In this document: piece by piece, positions 16,370-31,421 of the stretch
Position numbering within the stretch: the first letter of the stretch is position 1
How the letters are laid out: every line of letters begins with the position of its first letter
Origin: Phallusia mammillata
Taxonomy: Eukaryota
DNA length: 64,000 nucleotides
Reading direction: 5' to 3'
Assembly (NCBI GenBank): GCA_965637545.1
Contig: OZ281495.1
Span: forward strand, 7,874,001 to 7,938,000
Notes under the pieces: model-generated
What the model was told of the DNA's origin: nothing
Seen by the model: the letters and a program-made list of their open reading frames with translations, nothing else
Databases searched by the model: none
Program-made: the position numbers and the translations under genes

Positions 16370-17329
16370 ATGGGAAGCGGAAGCAGCAAGAAGTTAAAGA
16401 AAGTCCGAAGGGAAGCTTGGAGACTTGAAGCGGAAAATCAACGCCGGGAGGTTGCGTTGCAGCGAGAAATACAAAGTATGGCCGCATTTTTTTGTTTTTT
16501 TTATTTTTACTTTTTTGTTTGTTTCTCATTTTTTGTGTAACGTTGTCAAAATGGGAAATGTGTTACCTTTCTGCTTAACTTTTTTTTTCTCCGAACTGTT
16601 TGCTTTCTATCAGTAATGGGGAAAAATGTGCTTTTAGCGGTTGAGTTACTTGTTATTCTACTTACCAAGGAATTTAAAAAAATGTATTTCCAAGCTGCAG
16701 TGCCGGATTAAGGCCGGGGATGCCCAAATAACTAGAAAAAATGTATTCCATACAATGGTAAGTTATTTCAGGTCTGGAGGGTGAATGAAGATAAAATATG
16801 GAATTATGTTGTACTATCTGTGCAGCATTTACTTTACTAAAAATGACGTTCAATTTCCGATTTCAATTCCGAGACACCAATACATTCTCAGTTATGATTC
16901 TTAGTAAAGTTTCTGTGGTGCCCTTAGATGCCCTATAACACGTGGTTACAATCTTGTTAGTTTAGTATTTTTTCCGGATGCTTTCTAACCCATTGCAGTT
17001 TGATTTTTAGTACTAATGTTTTATTGTTAAGGTACTTAATTGGGAACAAAATGGGGATATAGGGGCGGGTTGAAAACCTTGTGTGAACAATTCGATGCAG
17101 CAACTATCCACCACACAATGCTTATAATAACTTCAGCGTTTAACACCATTTAACACAAAAACAACTTTTTGTACATTAAGATCAACGAACTGAAATCACC
17201 CAAAGAGTCCAGGGAGGTCGTTACGTTCTTGATGTGAAATCAAACGCTCCCGATTTCATACAACTTGCTCAGAACTATGAAAATCAAGAAGGACCAGACT
17301 TACAACCATTTCTCCCAATAGAATATTAA
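16370..17329 (+). CDS. Small uncharacterised protein D, 84 aa, MGSGSS myristoylation-type start
   Basis: Exons 16370-16475 (MGSGSSKKLKKVRREAWRLEAENQRREVALQREIQ) and 17181-17329 (NQRTEITQRVQGGRYVLDVKSNAPDFIQLAQ..IEY*), phase-1 GT-AG intron. Confidence 0.6.
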
Positions 17330-19149
17330 TGATCGGCTCATTTACAGTAAATGACCCACAAAATAAACACTTTAAACTCTACTAAATGTGCATCCGAGTT
17401 TAATGTAACCTATTAATTTAGAATTTGATTTTCGTGTGTGTTCCAATATCCAGCAGGCGAGTTTCGTTTTCACTCGAACCCTTTTGGGTTCTTTTGGTTA
17501 AAATTTCAAACGTCTGTTTAAACGTCCGTCTGTTTACTTTTTTGGTTAAATTTTATTTTATTTTTTCAAACGTCCGTCTGTTTACTTTTTTGGTTAAAAT
17601 TTCAAACGTCTGTTTAAAAAATAGTTTTCTTTGTCGCAAAAGCAAAAAATAATGCTTTGTCAATTACAATAAAGATAATAGTTGTTCGTTTGAAACAATA
17701 AACCTATATACGGGGTCCGTTATAGATAAGTCTTAGAAACCACTGTTTTAGAGGGTAAAATGACGTCCATTTACCCCATACAACATTGGTTTCCAAACTT
17801 TCTACTGTTTCTGACTAATTTGCATCAAAACTTGTATGTAGCCCACAGTACTCAGTGCTATACCTATAACATGTTTTAAAACAACATTAACCTTGCCAAA
17901 ATAAACCAACAGAGAGCTTATGAAAAGTTAGAGAACTAGAGCAACCTTTTGCTGCTAACTGTTACTTGGGGTAGTTGAAGTTATTTCGTATCCGGCTTTA
18001 TGAATGCACGATTCGCATTCTTGTGTCGAAATGCTATTTCATTTCGGTGCTACATAAACCGGGCTAATTTTGTTTATTTCATTCAATTGATTTGTTCTCA
18101 TGTAAAATACAACACTAACGTTATATACTACTTGTACGTTTCTTGTCGCGTTAAACCATTCTGTTTAATGCTAGGTCTATACCAGTGGTTTTCAACCCGT
18201 GCGTCGCGACACCCGTGGGGGTCGTTTACCATTTTGCTGGTGGTCGCGCAGGCTTTTGATGAAAACATTAACAAGCAAAAAAGTGGTGTATACAAAACAA
18301 AGTGTTTTATATAGACTTGGATTTAACCGACCTGACATAACGCTCTAGGCTCTAGTTGGTTTTGTCCAGGTGAACCGCAGTCAGTGTATTTGCGTATAAA
18401 CCTTCATCACAACAATGTCTTTAGTGGCAGTAACTATAAACTCTTACAATCAACGACTATCTTGGTCAAATTTATTCAGAGCCGATAATTTTGGACTCTT
18501 CTACCGACGTTGCGTAGTTGGATTAAAAAAAAATAAAGATAAATAGACCTAAAACGCAGAGTATTTGGAATGCAACCAATTAGCAAATGCCACACTCGCA
18601 ACATTTTTCCAGATTTGCCACTCAAGCGTTTGATATACGTTTAGTTTATTTTAAATTTCAGAACTACGTATAACAATGGTTCATTAATAACAACATTACA
18701 TTATAGTTATACAATATGCATGCTATATTTGTGTAAAATGCAAAATAGGAAAAAAACATGAATGCAGAAACAATATTTGTAACAGCAAAAACCAAAAGAA
18801 ACAGTGGTGAAAATTTTGTAATTTTTATGTCAAAAAAGTTACGAATTCCTAACAATTAGACCACAATTCACAAAAACCAATGTTTCTACTTGTGTAATAA
18901 ACCTTTGGCGCTTCAAAAGACAAAAAAATGTTTTGAATATACTAAAAAATACACGAAAAAAGTATGATTTTCAGATTAGTCTAGTTTAAACCTGCCAACA
19001 AAAATCAAATGTTTAATTCTTTAAGTCCGTTTTCAAAAACTATTTACAATAAGTTTGAATATATTGTGCGAAGATATACATTTATTCCGTGTAAATAAAC
19101 AAACACATATTCAACACAGTCATCAGTTAAGGTCAAACGTGTTGCCTAC

Positions 19150-20172
<1,023 letters not shown>

Positions 20173-20345
20173 TCTGTTTACGCTTTTTATTATTTATCGA
20201 GTTTAAATATACAACCTGTGTTGCACTGTTATGTATTTTATGACCTAAGCATTGAAACAAATAAAAAGTGTTACTGAAGGTAGCCTATTTAGCTGAGCAT
20301 TAATTTAATATCATTGAGATTATGGTTGTTTGGTAACTAAGTACG

Positions 20346-21190
20346 CACCATTAAAACTATGTCTGACTTTGACCAACAACTGCCCTAAAACACATAAACT
20401 ACACCTTCTGAGCAAAAACAAATTTAAGTTGGTTTCCTTGAATACTGTAAGTAAGCGTTTTTGGTAAAAAAAGAGACTTAGCCCACGGCTTATTGCACAT
20501 GAAATAAAAAACGATATATGCTTGGTAGACTCCAAAATAACCAGGCTTTAATCCGAAGTCAAATGAATTCACCACAGTGGTTCGATCTCTCTAGGCGTTT
20601 TCGGTGTAGAAAAAAACTACATCCTTGTTTATGGTAAATTATTTGCACGTAATACTCACCGACAGAATCTGAACACGAACAAGCAAGTTTAACCTTTGGA
20701 TGTAAGTTATCATGCGTTTTAAGGTAGCAAATATTTGTAAGAAGTGTTTCAAATCCAAATAGTTTACTTTTTGATATCCGCAACATTAAAACTAATTATG
20801 ATTTCAAATACACACCATTAAAACTAAGTTAATTATCGCTGACTTTGACCAAACTGTATTAAAACACATAAACTTCACCTTCCGAGTATAAATAACTTCT
20901 AATTTGTTTGCGTCAATAAGTAAGTATTTCACATGAAAAAAGGGAATTTGCATTAGCCCAAGGCTTATTGCACATGAAGCGTAGAAAAACGAGACATGCT
21001 CGGTCGGTGGACCTCAAATAACAAGGTCTTAATCCGAAGTCAAATGAGCTGATTCAAATTCTTTGGGCGTTTTGTGAAAAAAAATCCTTTTTAATACTGG
21101 TAAATCATTTACACGTAAAACTCAATAAACACGAACCAAACACAATGTAAGTTAACATGCGATTTTAGGTTGTATACATTTGTGAGACGT
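20346..21190. repeat. Diverged ~410-bp tandem duplication (2 copies)
   Basis: Shared blocks CACCATTAAAACT, CTGACTTTGACCAA, AAAACACATAAACT, GGCTTATTGCACATGAA and TAATCCGAAGTCAAATGA in the same order from about 20346 and about 20813. Confidence 0.75.
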
Positions 21191-22866
21191 GTCGTGGAAT
21201 AAAGCGTACGTGAATAAAATTAAAAAAAGATATTTTTTTATTTTTTTTTAGTTTATTTGAAAATTTATTGTGATAATTAACTAGTGTATTTTCTGTCGGA
21301 TGTTTTTTCGCCACTTGTCGACGTTATTCTGGCGTCAAAATCTCAACGATTTTAAATCAACTGTAGTGTACACTTCAGTGACTCTCAAAAATTTATTCTT
21401 TTGCCTCTTGGCAAATTTCGAAGAATTGCAAATTTACATTTTGCTTAAAGTTATGTTAAATTGCGTATTGGGAGAAATTTTACCGCGAGTTTGCAATAAG
21501 GCTATATTTCCCAAGATTCCGATAAGCTTCAAACAACCCATAGATCGTATTTTTATTGATTATCATTCTGCGCTGCGTTTTGAACAAGTTCAATGCAGAG
21601 CAGAATGATAATAAATTTCCGTGCCACGTTGAAACTCTAAGTTATAAGACGACTGTCAACGAATTGTTATTGGTTATTAATGTCAGTTTATCTCCGGAAA
21701 AACGGGGACATAGGAGACGTGGCGAAACAACCGTGGTGGACACACAATGTATAATTGTTCGTATAATTAACGGTGTATCTGCAGCGTGTTTACAATATCC
21801 ACCAATTATGCCCCCTACTTTGTCGCGCTTTATAACGCCTTAACGTTGCGCAGCTATTTGTGGCTTGGTGAATATTTTAGCGCAATTGCTACGATTTGTT
21901 TCACCCAGCAAACTCAACTCAATTTATATTTTAGCTGCATGATTAAACAAAGACGTGAGTAGTTCCCTAAAATGCGAACCTCTATGGTGAAACATTTTCA
22001 ATAGCGTGTTCATGTTCGATGTTGCGCACATGTGAGGTTGATATTAATAGACTGATGGCCGTAAAAAAACAAAAACTCTTTGCTACAATTAGGGTACCGA
22101 TCTCAAAGATTTTTTGGGAGTAGAGAGAGGAATATTACATGTCAAGTTGAGAACAAATGACAAATCGATGGTTCAGCTGAATCTACGTAGAAAATCAACC
22201 ACCAATCTGGACTTCTAAGCGCAAATATAGATGAAATGTAATTAGACAAATTATAGGTTATTTTTTACCAAAAAAATGGATACACAAGCGGCATTTGGTA
22301 TAAAACTGACAAACCAACATCGTCTAATTTGAGTTTGGCCCGAATATTATGATCTAATAAAAGCCCTAGTTTTAAAATTGCTTTGATCATCGTTGCCAGG
22401 CTGCAAATAGCTAACTGATGGTTTGTCTAGAGCGGACCAAGCAACAATGCCTAAAAACGATACGAGTTAAGGTGATATCGTTTTGTGGTGTGTAAATAGG
22501 GTGAAACACACGTTTTGTGCGTTCAAGTTGTGTTCGTAAAAAAATTGCATTCGGCCTAATAAATTGTTCGGCCGAAACCGAATCTTTGCAAATATCGCTG
22601 ATTTGGCCCAATAATTTGGGCAGACTGAAGCTTCAGTACATCCATAAAATTAATCCAACAGAGTCACGCCTGTCAAAACTCGTGTTAAACCTTTCAAAGG
22701 AATAGCTTTTATGTCGCGTATCAGCTTACCTTTCAGACAAAATGAGTGTTGAAAAACTTCGTTGCTGGAAATCATTTTAGACTTTCTGTGGTTTGTGAAA
22801 CTTCCAAATAATGCAATCAAACACAGGAGCAAAATTAAAAAATAAAGTAAATTAACAAAAAACGTG

Positions 22867-25800
22867 TCATAATGTCATTCCAACAAGTTGTCGGATTTCG
22901 TTCCAATTTCTTGAAGCTGTCTCCTGCGCTTTTTCGTGTCCTAAGCGTAAAATGTCTTTCAAATGACCTTCGTCACTGCGCAGTCTCAAATACTCGTCCC
23001 TGATTGGACGAATTGCACCAATCACAGCATCAGCTACGACAAGCTTATATTCGCCAGTGTCCAATTGCTTTGAGTTTTGACAAATTTCATCAGTTGATAA
23101 ACCCGTAAAACCTGAATGGATCTGCACAAAATTAAGTCAAAACATCAAATGGTAAAACCAACGTAAAGAAATGGCCTAGGTGAGGTGAATACAAACCAAT
23201 TTAAAGTGACAAACAAATTTTATTTTTTAATACAAACCAATTTAAAGTGACAATCTACACCAGTGGTTCTCAACCTTGGAAGAATCGTGTAGTACTAACC
23301 CAAGAGAAAGGCATTTTCCATGGCCAGTCTACCATATTTCTAAAACCAGCAAAATTAGTAAGTTGTCCAAAACACGAGTTTCGCCCAAATCAGTTGGGTC
23401 AATTGAGTTACAAATTTCGGATCTGACTTTAATTGAGCACGACAAAAAGCCCTCCGATGTACCCACCAGTGGTAGGCGTAATGAAGGTTGAGGACCACTG
23501 ATCTAAACCATGATCTAATTGCGTTTGTCGGCCTCTATTGCACAGTTATACAAAATCAAATACATTGTTGCAAGAAGGTTATTCAACAATTACCTCAATC
23601 AGGTTTGCAACCCCAGGTCGGTTTACTGGGTCATAGGTCACTTCAGATGTGAAATCGGTCAAGGCCTTTTTCACTGAGTTCACAATCTGGTCATCGGTAT
23701 CTGTAAGTTCAATGCGAGTGTGTTTTCCCCCTTTTGATTTGCTCATCTTAACAGTGGGGTCTCGCAGATTTCTGATTCGTGCTGATGCTCTGTCTGTGAT
23801 TTAAATAAACATGTGCAAACTGAAACAGTGTATATTTAAATATATATATATGTATGTATACATATTGTTAATACAACATCAATAGAAACAAAAAATAAAC
23901 TGCATCATTTTAATTGAATACAAGTTAATTGTATAGTATGTTTAATGAACACAGATTGTGAAACAGAGCCCATCCCTTGATATTTGTAAAAAAACAATTT
24001 GGTAAAGTAAATGCATATTCTTGATATTTGGATCAAAAAGTTGCAATTTATAAATATGTATGGTAAATTGGCCTTGTGTACATTCGGTCAATTCATGTAT
24101 CAGTTGAAAAAGTTTTCCAGCAGCAAATTTAAAGTTTGAGCATTTCATTTTTGATGCACATGTTTACAAATGGATTTTAATCCAGTCTTGACTGCTTGTG
24201 TTTTCCTGATCGAAAAGAGGCATTGCTCCGACCCAGAGAAACTGATGGTTTAAAATAACAGAACACCAACTCCATCAAAACTAGAAAGGTGGCTTAGCAC
24301 ATTTTGTTGTTGCATTTACACCATAACCTATTTTAAAACATCAATATATTTCCTATGCTTATTTTGTATCGGGTCCCATATTACCCATCGTCTTTTATAA
24401 CCTTAGTTGTTACTGCGGGCAGAAACCCATGGGTCCCCACACATGTTAACTTAAAAATAGTGCATTTTAAGAAATAACCATAGTCCACATGCTACCCAAA
24501 TTTTAGCCAATTCCGACACTGTTTAAATTTTAGCCAATTCCGACACAAAAACAAATTTGAGTAAAATCAATATGTGTCCCCTTCAGGGAAGGGGACACAT
24601 AAATATTAAATACAAATTAGTTCAATAAACTTGCAACAACCTAGGTCGCTTATTGACGGACTCATTGTGAGTATAACACATTTGGGCATTGTCCACTCCA
24701 AGAGAATAAAGACCAACAACAAACAAACAAACAATGTGAACTTGCCTGAAAACAATGACACTTTTGGAAAGAAAACACCATAAAAATTGTTGAACAAAGA
24801 CGCTACCATATTTGTTAGTTCCAGATGGACTGCTTGATCCTCACCTAAGTTAAGTAGAGATAATATACTAAAAAAATATTCAAACAATAACTACAATAGC
24901 TGTAAAATGTACTACAGTAGACAATCAGGCACATGGCTTAAGTTTAACCTTTAACAACCAACAAGGCAAATAGCAAAAAAAGTGCAGACCTGCTGGAACA
25001 TGAGTTGTTTTGTAAAGAAGAATGTCTGCTGTTTGAAGCACAGGGTAAGAAAAAACACCAAGGTATCCACCATGTTTAAGGTTCTCTGTTTTTTCCTACA
25101 AAATGTCATATTCTTATTTTTTACATTTCAAAAAAATAAGAATTAACTATATACACACTAATACACCAATTATTGTCTACAATCAAAATTCTGTCTATAT
25201 AAAGACTTGGAATGGGAGATATGCGTTATGAGTTTTCTTACAGAATGTTTCATTACATTTTAGCTACAAAAAAATACTCAAAATGGTATATGTTAAGAAC
25301 TAAATAGCAATTAAATATTTTAATACATCATGTATTCAATTGCTTCTGTTCTTTTTTGCACACTGTTGTAAATGTGATATGTGCAGTGGAACTTTTTAGA
25401 CTCTCTCTTTAAAGCGTATGAAAATAAGCTGTGTTGACTTGTCTTACATAATTTCGGTAATAATGACAACAGTTTTGTCAGCATGTTCACAAAATAATAT
25501 GACTACATTTATGACAATAACATTATTTTATGCTGTTATATGCTGTAAGCTGTCATTCATACAATAACATTTTCAAAATAAATAGGATGTAAAATTGGTT
25601 TAAAGCAAGTTAACAAACTATCCTACCTTCCACTGGGGAAGCTTGCGAAGCTGGTTCAAAGGAACCTGACAACCAAGAAGCCAAGACAAAGCAGAATGTT
25701 CCAGAACATCTGATTGTTGAAACAAAACTGACCGCTTTGGGTCAATTCCACATGCTAGCAAACAAGCTGTCATATCAAGAATGTGGTTTTGCAAAACAGA

Positions 25801-27376
25801 TTTGTCCTGAAAACAAAATATTACCATCCAAAAAACATAAGTTTTTGTTGCAACAATATATTCTTTATTAATATACATATAATTTAATATATTCTGATGT
25901 AAATTATTTTAATCCGATCTGAAATCACAAGCCTTTAAAATGTGTAGACTCAACAAACACAATAAACGATGACATGAATACCTAAGTAGGATTTCAAGAT
26001 TTGAAAATGTTATAAATGTTACATACGAATTTGGAAATGGGTTGAAAAGTTTTAAATATGCTTTAGACCAATTTTATAGTTAGTGTCTGCTGTATTAGCA
26101 CCATCAATAATGGTGACACACATCATAATCATTAGGTTGCATCTATTTTTCAACTTTTTTGTCTCATATAATCTCGAAATCTCGACTTATTTTCTCGAGA
26201 AAATAACAAAGGTTATGTTCCAGTATGCTTTAGAAGCAAGATGAAACAGAAAATAAACAAAGTAAAGGGGTGCCACAATAACCTTTCGTTTTTAAAACAT
26301 GACATTGTTTTTTATGTGAGAATTTTTATTCATATATTGAGAGTTGAAAACCAGATTTTTTTAAGATTTCTTGAGAATTTCTTGAGAAGAAACTCTTATA
26401 ATGACATTGTAGCAGCAACTCATATAACGATAATTGATTAACAGTGCCTTTATATTTATTATTCACCAGAACTTCTTAATATTGTACAGCTTTTTCTGGC
26501 TTCTTTTTTTTTGTAAATGAAAATTTTTTTCACAAATTAATATGACAACAACTAATCGATGAGTGGTTTGTACTTTTACCTTAGGAATAGTAACTGAATG
26601 CATGTCAACAATGCTGTAATAAATCGTGGCTGGCTTTTCCTGCATTGCAACCCAATGTTTAATTGCTCCCAAATAATTTCCAATGTGTGGAATTCCAGTT
26701 GGTTGAATGCCCGAAAATATAACTTCCTCTTTCTGTAACAAAAAATATATGGATAAACAAATGCAGGGGAAAAATATAAAAATACATTCGAGTAAAAAAA
26801 CTTAAGGTTTGCCTTTCATGAAATAAATAAACTGAATGTGACACCACAAAACATGTACAGAGAATCTTTTACAAAGTTATTGTTATAGCAAAAAAACCCA
26901 CTATAACAAGTTGTGTACATTCTCTTATATTGTCAAAACACTTTTAAAAAATCCAAGCATGCTTATAGATTAAATTGTTTTTCACTCAAATTTGTTATTA
27001 TTGTGTTGGTTTCAGATGGCACCAACAACACCTAATTTTATTTTCAAAATCCAGTACTTCAGATTAAAAAAAACTGACTTAGAAGTCATTTTGAAAGTTA
27101 AATTAAGTGCTCAAAGACTATTCAAACCAAATTTGTTATATTTTAATTTTTGATAATATACTTTAGGAAAATGTAGTTGCATAATGTTGTGACACTAAAT
27201 ATCCAGTATTACAGTACATTCAGCCAAACCAAGTTCAAAAATCAGTAATATTTTTCAGATCCACGTACCGGTGTTGGGTAGTTGGATTTTGAGGAAAACA
27301 TTCGTGAGACATTCGCAGCGTAAAACCTACATCCGCTGAACTGCAGTAAAACTGAACGTAATTTTCTGCCTGCCAT
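22867..27376 (-). CDS. WARS2: Mitochondrial tryptophanyl-tRNA synthetase
   Basis: 7 exons: 27376-27269, 26732-26580, 25806-25627, 25095-24990, 24844-24746, 23793-23594, 23121-22867. Transit-peptide-like N-terminus, [15 protein letters not shown] (HIGH motif), [23 protein letters not shown]. Confidence 0.95.
23261..23500. mobile_element. hAT-Charlie-like MITE in WARS2 intron 6
   Basis: TIR CAGTGGTTCTCAACCT / AGGTTGAGGACCACTG, TSD ATCTACAC / ATCTAAAC. Confidence 0.85.
24280..24600 (+). mobile_element. Short internally deleted copy of the Helentron/DINE-like element at 55.4-57.35 kb
   Basis: 24280-24445 matches the reverse complement of 57186-57350, and 24553-24598 matches the reverse complement of 55420-55465. 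Terminal hairpin GTGTCCCCTT-CAGGG-AAGGGGACAC. Confidence 0.7.
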
Positions 27377-28083
27377 TTTCTTCACCACTTAAACCTTTCA
27401 ATAGTTAAGCTGTTTCAACTGTTTGTTTCATTAAAATGTGTTGCAATGTTAATTCAAAACTGTTTCTTGAAACTGTTTGTTTTCTTGAATTTCTTGAACA
27501 CACTGACGGGACTTTCCCGAAATCCCGGCTTAAATCAAGCGGCACGTGCATGTTGGGTACAAATCAACCGGTAAATGATTTCGTTCAGACAGTCACGCAC
27601 GTTTTGCACGCATTATGATCCTTTACTACATTATGTTCCAATTCGTGATCGACTGATAAGAAACGCAAATATAGTGGTTTTTATTTTATTCGTACAACAC
27701 GACCAAAAATTGTAGCCAACATCCTGGATTTTGGTTTCTGCAATCAAGGCACCTTTAAGCATTTATTTCAAAGTACACGAATTAAATAACATGATGCCGA
27801 TAAAGTTTTCAAATACGGGCTAAATTGGGACGTGATTTTATAATCAGGGTGTGCAACTACATAAAATACAAAATATTTCAGTACGTAATAAGGGAAAACA
27901 TAACTTAATATTTTGGATATGTAGTCCAATTTGTTCATCGTCAAGAATGACTGTTGAAAGCTGGTTGAAACAGCACGTTAAGCAGATGTACAAAAAGAAA
28001 GAAGTTCTGTAGGTCACGGAAAAACTGTTCACTGTGCAATGCACATAATAAACGGGCAAAAGTTTATGTGTTGCGACATTTTG

Positions 28084-29821
28084 TTATTCCTTTCTCAGTT
28101 TCGCTGAGGTGAAGTTCAAGATTGCTGAAATAAGAAGTAGAACTGCGACCATCCAAGCAATGACAAGGCTGTATCCGAACTTATACTCCCTGCCGGGTCC
28201 GATAAAATCTTTATTTGTTGATTTTGCCGTAAATATAGCTGTCCCAATCAAAGCACAGATACCTGAAAAAGGTAGAGTTCTGTAAGTTGTGCACTATTTG
28301 ATATTGACGAAATTGTCATTGAATTAGCATGAAAGAATGGAATATTATTAACATGTATAATTTTTACTGATTTGTTTTAGTAAGTATAATAAAAAATTAT
28401 CGATAAATATAACTAAAAAATATATACCGTTTTAATATAAACTAAGTTATGTAGACCAGTGGTCGGCAACCGCCGGTCCGCGGCCCGGTACCGGTCCGCG
28501 AGGAGTTCGTTACCGGGCCGCATAATTTTCCAGGATAAATGCTATGAAGCATTTTGCCCATGTATCCCAGGGATGATAAACTCATTTAGGCGTTTTCATT
28601 AGTAAATATTTGTAATTTTTTGAAGACTGGTCCGCGATAAAATTTTACTTTCAAAACCGGTCCGCAGTGCAAAAAAGGTTGCCGATCCCTGATGTAGACT
28701 ACATTTGTATGCTGCTCCAATAGCATTTTTGTTTTAAGGGTCGGGTTAGTAAGCTATAGAGTTTTAAATAGTAGGCTACTGCGTTTGGAGGGAATTTTTG
28801 ATCACACCCACGGTTAAATAACCAAACGTTTTGAACCGTATTAAGCTTAATGTAAAATGCTGAGTCGTGGTACATTTTGCAAGCGACATGACAAAAACAG
28901 AAATCTGCATCTTTCATGGACTGGCTGAGACTGATTTTGGTAACAAACAAGATCAAAATGTAGTTCCAGAGCTGTTATGCACACTGGTCATCCAAAAACA
29001 CATTAGGCGAGGATTGCACTTAATCACGTGGTTATAACTTAAGTAGCTGACTCTAACTATTTGAAATAATAATCTGTATTTGTCGGTAAAAAAAAGTAAT
29101 GTGGGTGACTAAGTATGGAGGTGGTATTGCACTCTGCTAAAACGCTTTTAACAGTTGCAAAACAAACACCTACAGCTATCCAATATAAAAACATGCATGT
29201 TAACAGCATTGATAACAAAACAATTCCAAAATGTTCTTACTTGCTGCTAGGCCGATTCCGGCACCAGCAAATTGAACTTTTCTTAATCGTTTGGCAAATC
29301 CAACAATAGAAACAATATTCGAGACAAGTGTCAGAATCGCTCCAATGATAATAAATGCACGTGATGCGCTCAACCAATCAAGATCTACCAACACAAAGTT
29401 GATGTTAACACCGCTTTTACAACATTTCAATTTTTGACCCAGTGTATTTTTGGTGGCCTTAATTGTCACGTTTTAGGGTTATAAATTTATTAACCATTTC
29501 TTTACCAATAAAACGGTGTAACCAGAACGAGAAACAGTTTTTTTAAAATGAATTACAAATTTCATTATTTTTTAAAAAAAAATGGAAAGTATTTAAACGT
29601 TTATTTATTTTTCAAAAAGTATTTTGTAATATTTAATATTTTATTTACTTTATACTACCTATAGTGTGGCAAATGCCCATAGAGTCACACAGAAGGAAGA
29701 GACCAATATGTCGATTATCGATGTAAATCCAGTATGACGTCACAGTACAATTGATGAGCAACGCAAAGGCGAACCAGCCGGAAATATTTGCAAACACGTT
29801 CGACAAGCAAACCTTATCCAT
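28084..29821 (-). CDS. PMP22/EMP/claudin-superfamily four-TM protein, 161 aa
   Basis: Exons 29821-29659, 29384-29241 and 28262-28084. W..GLF..C....C first-loop signature (YWIYIDNRHIGLFLLCDSMGIC), four hydrophobic segments, YKFGYSLVIAW. Confidence 0.9.
28457..28691. mobile_element. hAT-Charlie-like MITE
   Basis: TIR CAGTGGTCGGCAACC / GGTTGCCGATCCCTG, perfect TSD ATGTAGAC. Confidence 0.9.
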
Positions 29822-31421
29822 CACAATAGCTTAAAAATACTAAAGTTAAAATAAAAAATTCCTTAAGTTCATATCACGAGACTTTTAAGAAATAGCCTTA
29901 ATTGTGCGGTTTTTGCAGTAAGTATATCCATACTTATTATACATAACATCCCAAGATTTTTTTCTGTTTGTTATATACATAAAAATCGTATCCAGTAGTA
30001 AGTTCTCAAACTCTAGCAATTTCTACAATATAAAACTGAGCGCTATACTTCGGTAACGACCTTACAAAATTATTGAAATCGGCCTTTTTCCGCCGATTCA
30101 ACAATCGAAAATCCAAATAGTTTTACACTTCCAACCTTTGATGGCAAATAACATGCTTTTTACCAGCGGTAAAGTCTTAACAAAAAATTCCCTTGTACTT
30201 AAACTGCGTATCCAAATCGGCACTGAAGCGTTCGAGACACGAAATATCAGCGTTTCCGGCACAGGGATAATTAATTGATTATGTCGTAACAGAGAAAAAT
30301 TTGCCTTATGACGTAATTGCCAGTCACGTGTTGGCAAAAGCTTCTGTTAATTGTCCGATGAGATTTGCTCCAAACATGTACATGTGTGGTGCGTCAGAAA
30401 CTAGAGTCGGAAATTTGATGTGAAACCGCGTTTGTGTAAAACAGTGGTTCCGAACTTTCGTTGACGCATTCTTCACTTAACATTTGAAACATTTTCATTC
30501 ATTCACAGAAAAATACATAGCAGATGCTAAACCATAAAAGCATTATTTAAAACTGGGTCTTTATCTACTTTACCGGTTAGCCCATATACCTTTGTACATA
30601 AGCCATACGTTTTCTGGGTATAAATGCATTCCTGACATTTGCACAGCAAGGTTCTGCAAGTTATCGCTCAAAAGTTTTATATTTTTTGATTTGCGATAGT
30701 TCGCGGGGAAGCCAATAACTATAAGTTAGTAAAGTTGTATCATTATGATATTTTTATCTGTATTTAACACTATAAAATTATTTGACATTTTTTGACAATA
30801 CCTTTTTTAGTGTTAAAAGGCTTTCTATTTAAAACTGTGTTTATGAAGCTGTGTGTTTAAAATATTTATTGTCCCGAACCGATTTGTGCACACAAGTGTG
30901 TGAAAGCAACATGGTTTGTCAAATCGATTTTCCGATGGTTAATGACAATATTAGTTTTAATCAAAACGCAAAATTTTGTTCAAAACTTTCATGGAAATCT
31001 CGTGAGTGATTTTACGCTTTTGGGCAGTACTAATTAAACTAAATTTGAGACAACATTAACACATTCAAACACAGAGATATAGCATCAACAGTGATAGGAT
31101 CATTTCAGATTTTAATTTAAAGAGATTGCAAAAACACGGGTCAAAAATTATTTTTTGTCTAATTCGCTATTCTATAGTCTAATGAAAGTATCAAATTTGT
31201 CTAGAAAGTCGAAATACTCGTTTACAGTAAAGCATAAGAAATCATAAGAGATATGACAATCATAATTTGTTAGACACCACACACTAAAAAGAAGATTAAA
31301 ATCCTATTATAAGTTGTAATATTAAAATTTTGCTAAATTCCCCTATTAAACGAGTTTACATTCAAGACAAAACATCGGATAAACATCACAATCGCTCTTT
31401 TTGTTGAGCAAATCTTATTAC

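Noticed and set aside
17490-17620. Short interleaved repeats (TTTTGGTTAAAATTTCAAACGTC)
   Set aside because: A low-complexity local duplication with no further structure; the overlapping ORF is an artefact.
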